Shown here: positions 15,576-24,442 of the stretch, in pieces
Numbering within the stretch: the stretch's first letter is position 1
Layout: each line of letters begins with the position of its first letter
IMG/VR virus record: IMGVR_UViG_3300042807_000483
Location: 1 to 33,608 of that record
Strand: one strand, 5' to 3'
Length of the DNA stretch: 33,608 bases
Source of the DNA: a virus
Taxonomy: Duplodnaviria; Caudoviricetes
Program-made: the position numbers and the translations under genes
Notes under the pieces: generated by a model
Databases searched by the model: none
What the model was told of the DNA's origin: nothing
Seen by the model: only the letters and a program-made list of their open reading frames with translations

Positions 15576-16514
15576 CTAGACTTTGCGCAACATCTTCCGA
15601 ACTACAGCTACATCTACAACAAAGAAGGACATAGAGGCGTCATCTACGCCGTAGGAAATAACGAGCTTGTCCCCAACTTGCACCAGCCCCGAAGCGAATT
15701 CAATCCACCCAATATCAAAAATAAACTCAGAAGAGACTCCCACAAGATTCCCTTGCAGGTCATACTTAACAAACAGATGCGTGTAGTCCCTGAAGTGCGC
15801 ATCCTGATAACTAAAGGTTCCTGGATTAAGAACTCGCTCGGTGGTCTTGCTTGTAACATGCACGACTGCTAGGTAACCGTCTTCCCAGTCAATGAGCTGG
15901 GTTCCCCCTCGTATGTGACCATACTTCTTTCTTGGACGAGAGAGCTTGACTAGCTTCCCATTTTTATACACACGCTCAGTGTCATAGATAAAGTCAAACT
16001 CAGAGCTCTCTCCCATAGCCAAGGCTCCCCAGTTTTTCTCAGTCCTTTTTGGTTCTGGACCTTCGTACTTTTCTATAAGCTTCGCAACGCTTTTCTTTTC
16101 GTCATACTTAAACAGACCCACTCTAGGAACAGGAGTGTGTTTGGTTTCCCAGATTACCCCTAGAAAATGCCAAGAACCGTCTCTCCACAAAAGCCGACAG
16201 TCTTCCACTCCTCTTCTATATTCGCCAAGAAATTCCACCTCACGGAAATTCTCCATGTCCAACTTGTCATTTACGTCAGCAAAGAAGACTCTGTTTCTAA
16301 TAGCTGTTCCGACAGTCAGGTTTGCGTAGTTTTGATACTGACCCAAGAGATAGTTGCTAGAGCGGAAAACTACAGCAAGCTTTCCGTCTGGGTTCTTAGA
16401 GATAGATGGGTTAAATGAAGACCACATCTTGCCTTTTCCAGGTTCAGCAAAACGGAGTTTTTTTAGATTGACTCCCTCTAAAAGTGGAGTCTTGCCAGTA
16501 CGAGCTCTATACAC
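15576..16514 (-). CDS. Five-bladed beta-propeller glycoside hydrolase/phosphorylase-like protein
   Basis: FNPSI, GVEDCRL, EKNW, IRGGT, IEFASGL, ISYGVDD motifs typical of GH130-like propeller proteins in phages. Confidence 0.65.
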   Translation of the reverse strand: MYRARTGKTPLLEGVNLKKLRFAEPGKGKMWSSFNPSISKNPDGKLAVVFRSSNYLLGQYQNYANLTVGTAIRNRVFFADVNDKLDMENFREVEFLGEYRRGVEDCRLLWRDGSWHFLGVIWETKHTPVPRVGLFKYDEKKSVAKLIEKYEGPEPKRTEKNWGALAMGESSEFDFIYDTERVYKNGKLVKLSRPRKKYGHIRGGTQLIDWEDGYLAVVHVTSKTTERVLNPGTFSYQDAHFRDYTHLFVKYDLQGNLVGVSSEFIFDIGWIEFASGLVQVGDKLVISYGVDDASMSFFVVDVAVVRKMLRKV

Positions 16515-16542
16515 AGAACAATTCTACCTGTAAAATAAAGAT

Positions 16543-16770
16543 ATGGCCCTAACCACTGTGCAGTCCGAAACTCAATACCCCTCTGACTATCTAGAGCTTT
16601 CTGAGTTCCACAATTGCGACCAGTGCCCATCTCAGGCATACGTTCAAGTCTTCTTCGAAACGGGCTTCCTTCTCTTCTGCGCACACCACTTTGTTAAGAG
16701 CCAAGGGAACATACAAGCATCAGCCAAGTACATTAACGACCGCCGAGATTTACTCGAGCGCAGTAAATAA
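16543..16770 (+). CDS. Small actinobacterial-type zinc-finger protein
   Basis: CDQCPSQAYV...LLFCAHH; leaderless (TAAAAT-N6-ATG). Confidence 0.8.
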   Translation: MALTTVQSETQYPSDYLELSEFHNCDQCPSQAYVQVFFETGFLLFCAHHFVKSQGNIQASAKYINDRRDLLERSK

Positions 16771-16785
16771 TTGTAAGATAGTAAT

Positions 16786-16877
16786 AAGCTAGCAAGTAGT
16801 GCAAGCGCACCTCTGCCCGCCCGAGTAATTTCGCTACTCTTAGGCAACTAGGCCCCCGAGAGGGGGTTTAGTTGTCC
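16786..16877 (+). ncRNA. Candidate structured small RNA or leader upstream of the nrd operon
   Basis: TAAGAT -10 at 16774-16779; hairpins GTGC/GCAC and GAGTA/TACTC; 15-bp stem with GAGA tetraloop (16843-16876). Confidence 0.35.
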
Positions 16878-16938
16878 ATAAAAAATGTTATAGAACAAAT
16901 AATCCGTCTGCTAGACTAGAGTTTCTTCGACCCCAATA

Positions 16939-16971
16939 GGCCAAGATTCTGCGGTTTCTTGGCCCATTTTT
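16939..16971 (+). terminator. Terminator/attenuator-like hairpin in the nrd operon leader
   Basis: GGCCAAGA/TCTTGGCC stem followed by CATTTTT; extended -10 TGcTAGACT at 16909-16917. Confidence 0.45.
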
Positions 16972-16999
16972 ATCTTATTTCCGAGAAAGGAACCCCAGC

Positions 17000-17107
17000 A
17001 TGTCCACCTCCACCACCACCTCTTTTAGTAGCTCTGTTGATGTTGTCGACGGAATTGTTTGCCCCGTTGACCCCATGGAGCTTTTAAACTGCGAATCTTG
17101 TCAGTAG
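17000..17107 (+). CDS. 35-aa peptide resembling the C-terminal redox tail of class I RNR alpha subunits (not in ORF track)
   Basis: MSTSTTTSFSSSVDVVDGIVCPVDPMELLNCESCQ*; AGAAAGGA RBS at 16984-16991; terminal CxxCQ. Confidence 0.8.
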   Translation: MSTSTTTSFSSSVDVVDGIVCPVDPMELLNCESCQ

Positions 17108-17125
17108 TTTAAGAGGGTTAGGGGG

Positions 17126-18091
17126 GTGTCTAAGGTTTGGGGAGTTGTTCCAGAGACGTTAGTTCTCACTGAAAAGGGATATGAAACAATCTTGTCCCTA
17201 GAGGGCAAACCAACAAAAATTTGGAATGGCTACACTTTCGAGGAAGCAATTGCAATTAAGGCGGGCTCAGACACCCCCATAGTAAAACTTACAACTGAAA
17301 ACACACTGGAACTTTTGTGCTCAAGTAACTCTCTTGTATATCTTCAAAAAGGAAAAACACTTTCTGAGATAGAAACCAAGGAAGTTGGGGAACTGACTAG
17401 TGACCACAAAATATTGAGAGTTCCTAGTTGTCCTATCTCGGAGGGTGGTCAGGAGAATTTTCCCTTTGCCTATAGCCACGGTTTCTACTCAGGCTCCGAA
17501 AGGTACTGGCGCTCAAGACTAAAAGTCTCTCGAGCATCTATCTTTGGAGTTCGTAGGACAGCTTTACCAGAGCTAGCGCTTGACACAGAAAAAACCACAT
17601 CTACTTCACTGGTCTACAACAAAAGTCTCCCTCGAGACTTCGAAGTACCACTAGACCCAAAGTACAGTGTAGAAACAAAGCTCGAGTGGCTCGCGGGTCT
17701 ATTTGACTCAGGTCTTTTAAAAAGAAAGACGGGCCCAACGATATGGCATCTGCACTCAAACAACGTAGATTTTTTGTACCAAGTGAAACTTCTTTTACAA
17801 ACTTTAGGAGTTGACTCTAGGCATGTGGCCAACCAAGACCACAGGTTCCAGCTCTACTCTCTAAGAATTATTGCAAGGAATATAGAAAATCTTATTGATT
17901 TAGGAATCCCAACTCTAGTGAGAAAACTAGAGCGGTCCCCAAATCTGCCAAGTATTACAGGTCCACAGTCATCTCGCTCAGCAAGAGTTGTCTTGGTAGA
18001 GGATGCACTAAGAACTTCAGATATCTACAATTTTGAAACAACAACCAGAAAGTCAGCAATCCTAAACGGAATGCTAGCTGCAATTAACTAG
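17126..18091 (+). CDS. Free-standing, degenerate intein (Hint + LAGLIDADG) of the RNR-intein type
   Basis: GVVPETLVLTEKGY...IWNG (block A), AYSHGFYSG and WLAGLFDSG (LAGLIDADG-like), LLLQTLGV (block H), DIYNF...ILNGML (block F/G). Confidence 0.8.
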   Translation: MSKVWGVVPETLVLTEKGYETILSLEGKPTKIWNGYTFEEAIAIKAGSDTPIVKLTTENTLELLCSSNSLVYLQKGKTLSEIETKEVGELTSDHKILRVPSCPISEGGQENFPFAYSHGFYSGSERYWRSRLKVSRASIFGVRRTALPELALDTEKTTSTSLVYNKSLPRDFEVPLDPKYSVETKLEWLAGLFDSGLLKRKTGPTIWHLHSNNVDFLYQVKLLLQTLGVDSRHVANQDHRFQLYSLRIIARNIENLIDLGIPTLVRKLERSPNLPSITGPQSSRSARVVLVEDALRTSDIYNFETTTRKSAILNGMLAAIN

Positions 18092-18108
18092 GAAGGTACT
18101 ACCCCATA

Positions 18109-20526
18109 ATGACTAACATTTACGTCACCAAACGAGACGGACGCTCCGAGCAATACGACGCAGATAAAATTAATCAAGCTATCGAAGACATTACTTCTGA
18201 CCTTGACCAAAATATTTCGTGGGTTACCCAGATTGCCAGTGAGCTTGAACTCACGCTTTTTGATGGCATTACCACCCAACAACTTGACGAGGCAGTTGTT
18301 CAGGTTGCCCTTCAGAACATTAAAGATGACCCCGCTTTTGACAAGGTTGCTACCCGTCTTTTCTTGAAGAGTCTCTATAAGAAGGTGTTCGGAAAATACA
18401 ACAACAAAGAACAACTAAAGGCCCTCCACGTTGAGCACTTTGAGCGGGTTATCCGTACTGGCGTTGAGCAGAAGCTCATGGATGAGCGGTTTACTATTGA
18501 CGGTCTTTTCGACTTTAAGGCTCTTTCAGAGGCACTTGAACCAGCCAACGACGAGCTGTTTAAGTACATCGGCATCGTTACCTTTATGAATCGATACGCC
18601 CTCAAGGACCGTAGTCAGAGCCCTCTCGAGGTTCCCCAGTACTTCTGGATGCGTATTGCTATGGGGCTCAGCCTCAACGAAAAGAATCCTACCGAATATG
18701 CAATCCGCTTTTATAAGAAGATGAGCGCCTTAGAATACCTCGCTGCTGGCTCCACTCTGGCTAATGCTGGAACTGCCACCCCTCAGCTTGCTAACTGCTT
18801 TGTTATGGAGATGCAGGATGACATGGAGCACATCGCAAAGACCACCCGCGATGTCATGTGGCTCACGAAGGGCACTGGTGGAATCGGTCTTTCGGTTACC
18901 AAGCTCAGGGCTCAGGGCTCCCCAATTCGCTCAAATAACACCACCTCTACGGGGCCTATTCCTTTTTTGCACACCTTAGATAGCGTCCTACGGGCTGTTA
19001 GCCGTGGTGGGAAGAAGTTCGGCGCTATGTGCTTCTACATGGAGAACTGGCACTTGGACTTCCCTGAGTTCCTTGACCTTCGTCAGAACTCTGGTGACCC
19101 TTACCGACGTACCCGCACAGCCAACACAGCAGTATGGATTTCAGACGAGTTTATGAAGCGCGTCCAGAACAATGAAGATTGGTATCTTTTTGACCCCCTC
19201 GAGGTTACCGACCTCAATGAGCTTTACGGCTCCGCCTTCTCCGAGCGCTATGCCCACTATGTCGAAGAAGCCAAGGCTGGTCATATTGAACGGTACAAAG
19301 TTATTGGCGCTAGGGAGCAGTTCAAGGCAATCTTGATTTCTCTCCAAGGAACCAGCCACCCGTGGCTGACTTGGAAAGACACCATCAATAATCGTGCGCT
19401 GAACAACAACACAGGAACGATTCACTGCTCCAACTTGTGCACAGAGATTACTCTCCCGCAGGACGCAGAGAATGTCTCGGTCTGCAACTTGGCTTCCATT
19501 AACTTGAGTAGGCACCTGAATGAAGACAACAAGAGCCTCAACTATGTAAAGCTTGCCGAAAGTGCAAAGTTGGCCGTGCGTCAGCTGGACAACCTCATCG
19601 ACATCACCCGCTCCAGTGTTCCCGAGGCAGACAACTCCAACGAGCAGAATCGCGCTATTGGTCTTGGCTACATGGGATTTACCGACATCCTTGAGAAGTT
19701 CGGTATTTCTTATGAGTCCGAGGAAGCTTATGACCTCGCTGATGTTATTACTGAGCACATTTCCTACGCAGCCATTGAGGCGAGCATTGAGCTTGCCAAG
19801 GAGCGTGGAGCCTATCCCAACTTCGAAGGCTCCCGTTGGGCTCAGGGAATGGTCCCATTTGACAGCATTGACCTTGCTGAGAAGAACCGCGAGGTTCCCA
19901 TTACGGTTAAACGTGGAAGCACTCTCGACTGGGATGTTCTACGAAAGCGTGTCAAGCAACACGGTATCCGCAATGCAACCCTGATGGCCATTGCCCCCAC
20001 CGCCTCTATCGGTTTGGTCGCTGGCACGACTCCTGGTCTTGACCCTCAGTTTGCACAGATTTTTAGCCGTGCAACCAGCTCGGGCAAGTTCCTCGAGATT
20101 AATGAGAACTTGGTTAGGGACCTCAAGGCTCTCGGATTGTGGGAGTCCCACAGTGGAGAGATTCTTCGCAGTCAGGGTGACATCCAAAGCATCGATGAAA
20201 TTCCTGACACCATCAAGGCCGTCTATAAGACGAGCTTCCAGCTCGACCCACTTGCTTTCCTGCACGTTGCAGCGAGAGCGCAGAAGTGGGTTGACCAAGC
20301 GATTTCTCGGAACATGTACCTAGAGACTAGGGACATCGATGAGATTATGGCCATCTATTCATCTGCATGGGACCTCGGTGTTAAGACCACCTACTACCTG
20401 CACATGAAGCCACGCCACACTGCCGAGCAGTCGACCGTCAAGGTCAACAAGACCGAGCAGATTTCTACAAATGACACGGCTGGAGCACCTAAAAAGGGCT
20501 TTGGTTTCGCAGTAGCTAAAAACTAA
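18109..20526 (+). CDS. nrdA: Ribonucleoside-diphosphate reductase class I alpha subunit, with ATP cone
   Basis: N-terminal VTKRDG ATP cone; LANCF, SNLCTEI, VCNLAS, AIAPTAS, KTTYY; no Cys after the YY pair. Confidence 0.97.
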   Translation: MTNIYVTKRDGRSEQYDADKINQAIEDITSDLDQNISWVTQIASELELTLFDGITTQQLDEAVVQVALQNIKDDPAFDKVATRLFLKSLYKKVFGKYNNKEQLKALHVEHFERVIRTGVEQKLMDERFTIDGLFDFKALSEALEPANDELFKYIGIVTFMNRYALKDRSQSPLEVPQYFWMRIAMGLSLNEKNPTEYAIRFYKKMSALEYLAAGSTLANAGTATPQLANCFVMEMQDDMEHIAKTTRDVMWLTKGTGGIGLSVTKLRAQGSPIRSNNTTSTGPIPFLHTLDSVLRAVSRGGKKFGAMCFYMENWHLDFPEFLDLRQNSGDPYRRTRTANTAVWISDEFMKRVQNNEDWYLFDPLEVTDLNELYGSAFSERYAHYVEEAKAGHIERYKVIGAREQFKAILISLQGTSHPWLTWKDTINNRALNNNTGTIHCSNLCTEITLPQDAENVSVCNLASINLSRHLNEDNKSLNYVKLAESAKLAVRQLDNLIDITRSSVPEADNSNEQNRAIGLGYMGFTDILEKFGISYESEEAYDLADVITEHISYAAIEASIELAKERGAYPNFEGSRWAQGMVPFDSIDLAEKNREVPITVKRGSTLDWDVLRKRVKQHGIRNATLMAIAPTASIGLVAGTTPGLDPQFAQIFSRATSSGKFLEINENLVRDLKALGLWESHSGEILRSQGDIQSIDEIPDTIKAVYKTSFQLDPLAFLHVAARAQKWVDQAISRNMYLETRDIDEIMAIYSSAWDLGVKTTYYLHMKPRHTAEQSTVKVNKTEQISTNDTAGAPKKGFGFAVAKN

Positions 20527-20552
20527 AACAACTAATAAATAAGGAGAAAATA

Positions 20553-21533
20553 ATGGGAATCCTAGGAAAAGGAATCCAAGAGGGCTTGCTTCTCAAGCCA
20601 GTGCGTTACCAGTGGGCTATGGACCTCTACGACCAAGCTGTTGCTAACACCTGGTTCCCCAACGAAATTCAGTTGGGTGAAGACATCGCCGACTTCAAGA
20701 AGATGACGGACGAAGAGCGTCACGCTCTCGAGTTTCTTATGTCTTTTTTCAACCCCTCGGAACTCATCGTCAACAAGGCTCTGGCCTTTGGCGTCTACCC
20801 CTACATCAACGCTCCCGAGGCGCACCTCTACCTCGCCAAGCAGATGTGGGAAGAAGCCAACCACTGCATGAGCTTCGAGTACGTCCTTGAGACGTTCCCC
20901 GTTGACCGCGAGACGATTTACGCCCAGCACGTGGACTCTCCCGAGATTGCTCGTAAGGAAGAGTTCCAGACCAAGTTCATCAAGCGGATGACTGAAGAGA
21001 CTCTTGACATCAACACCGTTGAGGGTAAGCAGGACTTTGTCCGCAACTTGATTGCGTACAACATCATCATGGAAGGCATCTGGTTTTACTCAGGCTTCAT
21101 GGTGGCGCTTTCCTTCCGTCAGCGTAACCTGCTCCGCAACTATGCGTCTCTCATTGACTGGGTTGTCCGTGACGAGTCTCTCCACCTCAAGTTCGGCATC
21201 AATCTGATTCTGACAGTCTTGGAAGAAAACCCAGAGATTGCAACTTCTGAGTTCGTCGAGGAGGTTCGCAACATGATTATCGAGGCTGTTGAAATGGAGA
21301 TTGACTACAACAAGGCCCAGTTCCCGAAGGGCATTCTTGGTCTCAACGCCGAGTACGTTAGCCAGTACGTTAAGTACCTCGCTGACCGTCGCTTCGAAGA
21401 GCTTGGCTTCGAGCCGTACTACAACGTCACCAACCCCGCAAAGTGGATGGCAACCGCCAACGACACTCTGCAGTTGGTGAACTTCTTTGAGTCAACAAAC
21501 ACCTCGTATGAGGTCAACGCAAAGGCTAGCTAA
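20553..21533 (+). CDS. nrdB: Ribonucleotide reductase class I beta subunit with class Ic (R2c) signatures
   Basis: Ligands E70, E101xxH104, EGIWFYSGF, RDESLH; Phe108 at the radical-Tyr position; AAGGAG RBS. Confidence 0.95.
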   Translation: MGILGKGIQEGLLLKPVRYQWAMDLYDQAVANTWFPNEIQLGEDIADFKKMTDEERHALEFLMSFFNPSELIVNKALAFGVYPYINAPEAHLYLAKQMWEEANHCMSFEYVLETFPVDRETIYAQHVDSPEIARKEEFQTKFIKRMTEETLDINTVEGKQDFVRNLIAYNIIMEGIWFYSGFMVALSFRQRNLLRNYASLIDWVVRDESLHLKFGINLILTVLEENPEIATSEFVEEVRNMIIEAVEMEIDYNKAQFPKGILGLNAEYVSQYVKYLADRRFEELGFEPYYNVTNPAKWMATANDTLQLVNFFESTNTSYEVNAKAS

Positions 21534-21579
21534 TGTGCGGAGACAAGTGCACTTGCGGTAAAAAGTAATAACTAAATAA

Positions 21580-21613
21580 AAAGGGCCCCCTACCAAGGGG
21601 GCTCTTTGCTTTT
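21580..21613 (+). terminator. Intrinsic terminator after nrdB (possibly bidirectional)
   Basis: AAAGGGCCCCCT-ACCA-AGGGGGCTCTTT with A-run before and T-rich tail after. Confidence 0.8.
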
Positions 21614-21660
21614 CCGCCGTAAGTAGTTCTCCATGCGCTACCCTAGATAGTGGAGGTCTA

Positions 21661-22686
21661 ATGCGAAATATTGTGTTTGTAACGGATGCTTGGTACCCAC
21701 AGACTAATGGCGTTGTAACCACGATTTCCCATTTGTACGAAGAACTTTGTTCCTCAGATAAGTATCACGTTACGGTTATCCACCCCGGACTATTCGAACA
21801 AATCAATCTTTCTAATTTATATCCTGATATTTCTTTAGCTATCCCCGTCAAGCTGTGGAAGATTCTGGACTCTTTGAAATTTGATGCAATTCATATCTTT
21901 ACCGAAGGCCCATTAGGTATCTCTGCTAAGCAGTATTGCGCCGTAAGAAAAATCAGGCATACGACAAGTTTTCACACCAACTTTCCGATGCTTTTAAGCA
22001 CAATGTTTGGTATTCCCGAGGAGATTAGCTGGTCTTTGTCTGCTTTGTTTCATTCCTCCAGTTCTAAAGTTCTGGTGACAAACAAGGGTATGAAGTCTTT
22101 TCTTGTTGATAAAGGCTTTAAATCCGACTCCCTCCGCGTGTGGTCTCGGGGGGTTGACCGTTCTGATTTTCATTTTAGAGACAATGATTTCTCTGTCTCC
22201 CGTTCTCGCCCTCGAGTTATCTGCGTGAGCCGGGTCAGTAAGGAGAAGAATCTTAAGGATTTTTGTCGGTTGTCTTTGTCTGGCGAGTTTGATTGCGTTT
22301 TGGTTGGTGACGGTCCGCAGTTAAAGAAGCTAAAAAATAAGTTTCCAAAAGTAACATTTACTGGACGAGTTCCTCACGAGGAACTCTTCACCCACTACCA
22401 AGATGCTGACGTGTTCTTCTTCCCCAGCAAGTTTGATACTTTTGGTGTGGTGATGATTGAGTCTCTCGCTTGCGGAACTCCTGTTGTAGCTTTTGATGAG
22501 GTTGCGCCCAATGCTGTCATCGAGGACGGGGTAAATGGTTTTATTGTAGGGAACTCCTACACATCCCCTGAGCAGGCAATTGTTGCAGCAACATACCTCT
22601 CTCGTAAAGATTGTTATAAGTCCTCTTTAAATTTTTCGTGGGCTAATGTAGCTAACATCTTTTTAAGTACTTTGGTGGGACGGTAG
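21661..22686 (+). CDS. GT4-family (GT-B) glycosyltransferase
   Basis: TDAWYPQTNGVV, HIFTEGPLG, VSRVSKEKN, VGDGP, FPSKFDTFGVVMIESLACGTPV. Confidence 0.92.
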   Translation: MRNIVFVTDAWYPQTNGVVTTISHLYEELCSSDKYHVTVIHPGLFEQINLSNLYPDISLAIPVKLWKILDSLKFDAIHIFTEGPLGISAKQYCAVRKIRHTTSFHTNFPMLLSTMFGIPEEISWSLSALFHSSSSKVLVTNKGMKSFLVDKGFKSDSLRVWSRGVDRSDFHFRDNDFSVSRSRPRVICVSRVSKEKNLKDFCRLSLSGEFDCVLVGDGPQLKKLKNKFPKVTFTGRVPHEELFTHYQDADVFFFPSKFDTFGVVMIESLACGTPVVAFDEVAPNAVIEDGVNGFIVGNSYTSPEQAIVAATYLSRKDCYKSSLNFSWANVANIFLSTLVGR

Positions 22687-22687
22687 A

Positions 22688-23482
22688 GTGTCTTTCCTTG
22701 TTGGTATGAGCACTAGCTGTGTTTTTCCGTCTAAAACAGAGACTGCCTTTAAAGTTGCTTCTGAATTAGGCTATGACGGTATCGAGATTATGGTCACCAA
22801 AGACCCGTCTTCTCAGGATGCACGTTCTCTTAATAAGTTTTCTAAGAAGCACGGTATTCCTATTTTTTCGATTCATTCTCCGGTGTTAATGCTTTCTTCG
22901 CATGTTTTTGGGCGCAATCCTCGAGAGAAGTTAAGGCGTTCGTGTGAGTTGGCGGTTGCTGTAGGGGCGTCTACTGTTGTGGTCCATCCCCCATATTTTT
23001 GGCAACCTGTCTATGCGTTGACGTTTTCTAGTTTTGTTCGTGAGCTTTCTGCCGAGTTTGATTTAAGAATTGCTGTCGAGAACATGTTTAATCCCGAGTT
23101 TTTTGGTGTAAGTCTCCCTGTTTTTGCTCCGAGCTGGGACCCCTCTGCCCCCTCTATGGACGTTGACTATATGACGTTGGATTTTTCGCATTGTGCTTAT
23201 CAGGGCGTGAGTGGTTTAGATTTGGCTAAAAGCATGGGCGACCGTCTGCAACACATCCACTTGTGTGATGGTACCCACCACCACCAGCGTTTTCATTTGT
23301 TGGATGAGCATTTGGTTCCCGGTAGAGGCACTCAGCCCGTTGCTGAAACGTTGCAGTATCTTTCGCGTGAAGGAACATCTTTTCTTGGTTTTGTTGTTGC
23401 CGAGGTGCATACTGATTCGTATTCTAAAAAGAAACGTCGCCGTAAGCTTGTTGAGACGTTGGAGTTTGCGCGTAGGTTTTAA
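22688..23482 (+). CDS. Sugar phosphate isomerase/epimerase (xylose-isomerase-like TIM barrel)
   Basis: GYDGIEIM, SIHSP, VVVHPP, AVENM, TLDFSH, HIHLCDG, DEHLVPGRG. Confidence 0.88.
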   Translation: MSFLVGMSTSCVFPSKTETAFKVASELGYDGIEIMVTKDPSSQDARSLNKFSKKHGIPIFSIHSPVLMLSSHVFGRNPREKLRRSCELAVAVGASTVVVHPPYFWQPVYALTFSSFVRELSAEFDLRIAVENMFNPEFFGVSLPVFAPSWDPSAPSMDVDYMTLDFSHCAYQGVSGLDLAKSMGDRLQHIHLCDGTHHHQRFHLLDEHLVPGRGTQPVAETLQYLSREGTSFLGFVVAEVHTDSYSKKKRRRKLVETLEFARRF

Positions 23483-23532
23483 AGTAGCTTGGGCTTTTTT
23501 GTTTTTCCCTGTAAGACTGATAATCTATTGCT

Positions 23533-23865
23533 ATGAGTTATCAATTTAAGCACTACGGAAATAAGGACGCCTACAAGCGACTTAAAAAAGTTATTGGCAA
23601 GACGCTTGACGAGGCCTACTCCGACGGCTATAGCGATGGAGAAAATGACACAGAGCATGATTACGAAGTCGGCTTTGAGGCTGGAGTTTCCGCAGAGCGA
23701 GAACGCATTAAAACAGTCTTTGACATGAACATCCAGTGGGCTCTCGAGAGCAACAAGGGCTCTGATGTTATTTTCTTCACTAAGGCCAAGCAAATCATTG
23801 AGCCTATTGATGTTGACCTAAGCCCCGAGGCCTACCAACGCAGCCTAGAGAACGACGGTTTTTAA
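23533..23865 (+). CDS. Hypothetical protein
   Basis: 110 aa, YSDGYSDG / GFEAG repeats; leaderless. Confidence 0.7.
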   Translation: MSYQFKHYGNKDAYKRLKKVIGKTLDEAYSDGYSDGENDTEHDYEVGFEAGVSAERERIKTVFDMNIQWALESNKGSDVIFFTKAKQIIEPIDVDLSPEAYQRSLENDGF

Positions 23866-23866
23866 C

Positions 23867-24442
23867 TTGACCACACAGGACAGAATTTTAGAAGTCCCCG
23901 TCCTCCACTTGCTGGCGGAGGCAGACAAGCGTGCTCGAGAGATGCCTGATATGTTTCAAACAGTTAAACAAGGTAACCGCCTTGGTGCAAAACAGACTGG
24001 CTGTCTTGGGGAGCTTGTTGGTGAAGAATACCTGAAAAACCTAAACACTCTTTACACACCGTTTTTTACCACAGAATTTGATGTGATGGTTCACCTCCCA
24101 GAGGGCGACAAGAAGATAGAGTTTAAAACTAAAGAGCGCACGGTACCCCCTTTGCCAAAATATGAGTGCTCTGTTTACGACTACGTCAAAGACTTTCAAA
24201 ACGTGGACTACTACATGTTTATTTCTTTGTTCTCAACCGACAGCGATTCTTCAGACATTAATAGGTTTACTCGAGGTTTTATTGTTGGCTCGATTACCAA
24301 ACAGGACTTTGACAAAAAAGCTAAGTTTTGGAAAAAAGGAGACATAGACCCAACTAACGGGTGGGCTGTTAGTAGAGACACATGGAGTGTTTTTGTTTCG
24401 GAACTCTCCTCCCCAGTTTTTAGAGAAAGCGTGACGTTATGA
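23867..24442 (+). CDS. PD-(D/E)xK restriction-endonuclease-fold protein
   Basis: GCLGELVGEEYL...FDVMV...KIEFKTK pattern. Confidence 0.6.
   Translation: MTTQDRILEVPVLHLLAEADKRAREMPDMFQTVKQGNRLGAKQTGCLGELVGEEYLKNLNTLYTPFFTTEFDVMVHLPEGDKKIEFKTKERTVPPLPKYECSVYDYVKDFQNVDYYMFISLFSTDSDSSDINRFTRGFIVGSITKQDFDKKAKFWKKGDIDPTNGWAVSRDTWSVFVSELSSPVFRESVTL

Noticed and set aside
16799-16828. Leader peptide MQAHLCPPE
   Set aside because: Nine codons, GTG start, no SD or correctly spaced -10; likely chance.
17000-18091. Tail peptide and intein as fragments of one decayed nrdA, or a protein-splicing precursor
   Set aside because: The order is opposite to that in an nrdA gene (the tail would follow the intein), two in-frame stops separate the ORFs, each has its own start, and splicing residues are missing.
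16771-18108. NrdR box or cobalamin riboswitch upstream of nrdA
   Set aside because: No convincing NrdR palindrome or B12-box seen by eye.
18109-20526. Intein or intron inside nrdA, or read-through restoring a Cys tail
   Set aside because: The 805-aa ORF is continuous through SNLCTEI; a second in-frame stop follows shortly and nrdB starts 26 nt later, leaving no room for a tail.
18088-21722. Antisense and out-of-frame ORFs over nrdAB
   Set aside because: Explained by nrdAB codon bias; no independent signals.
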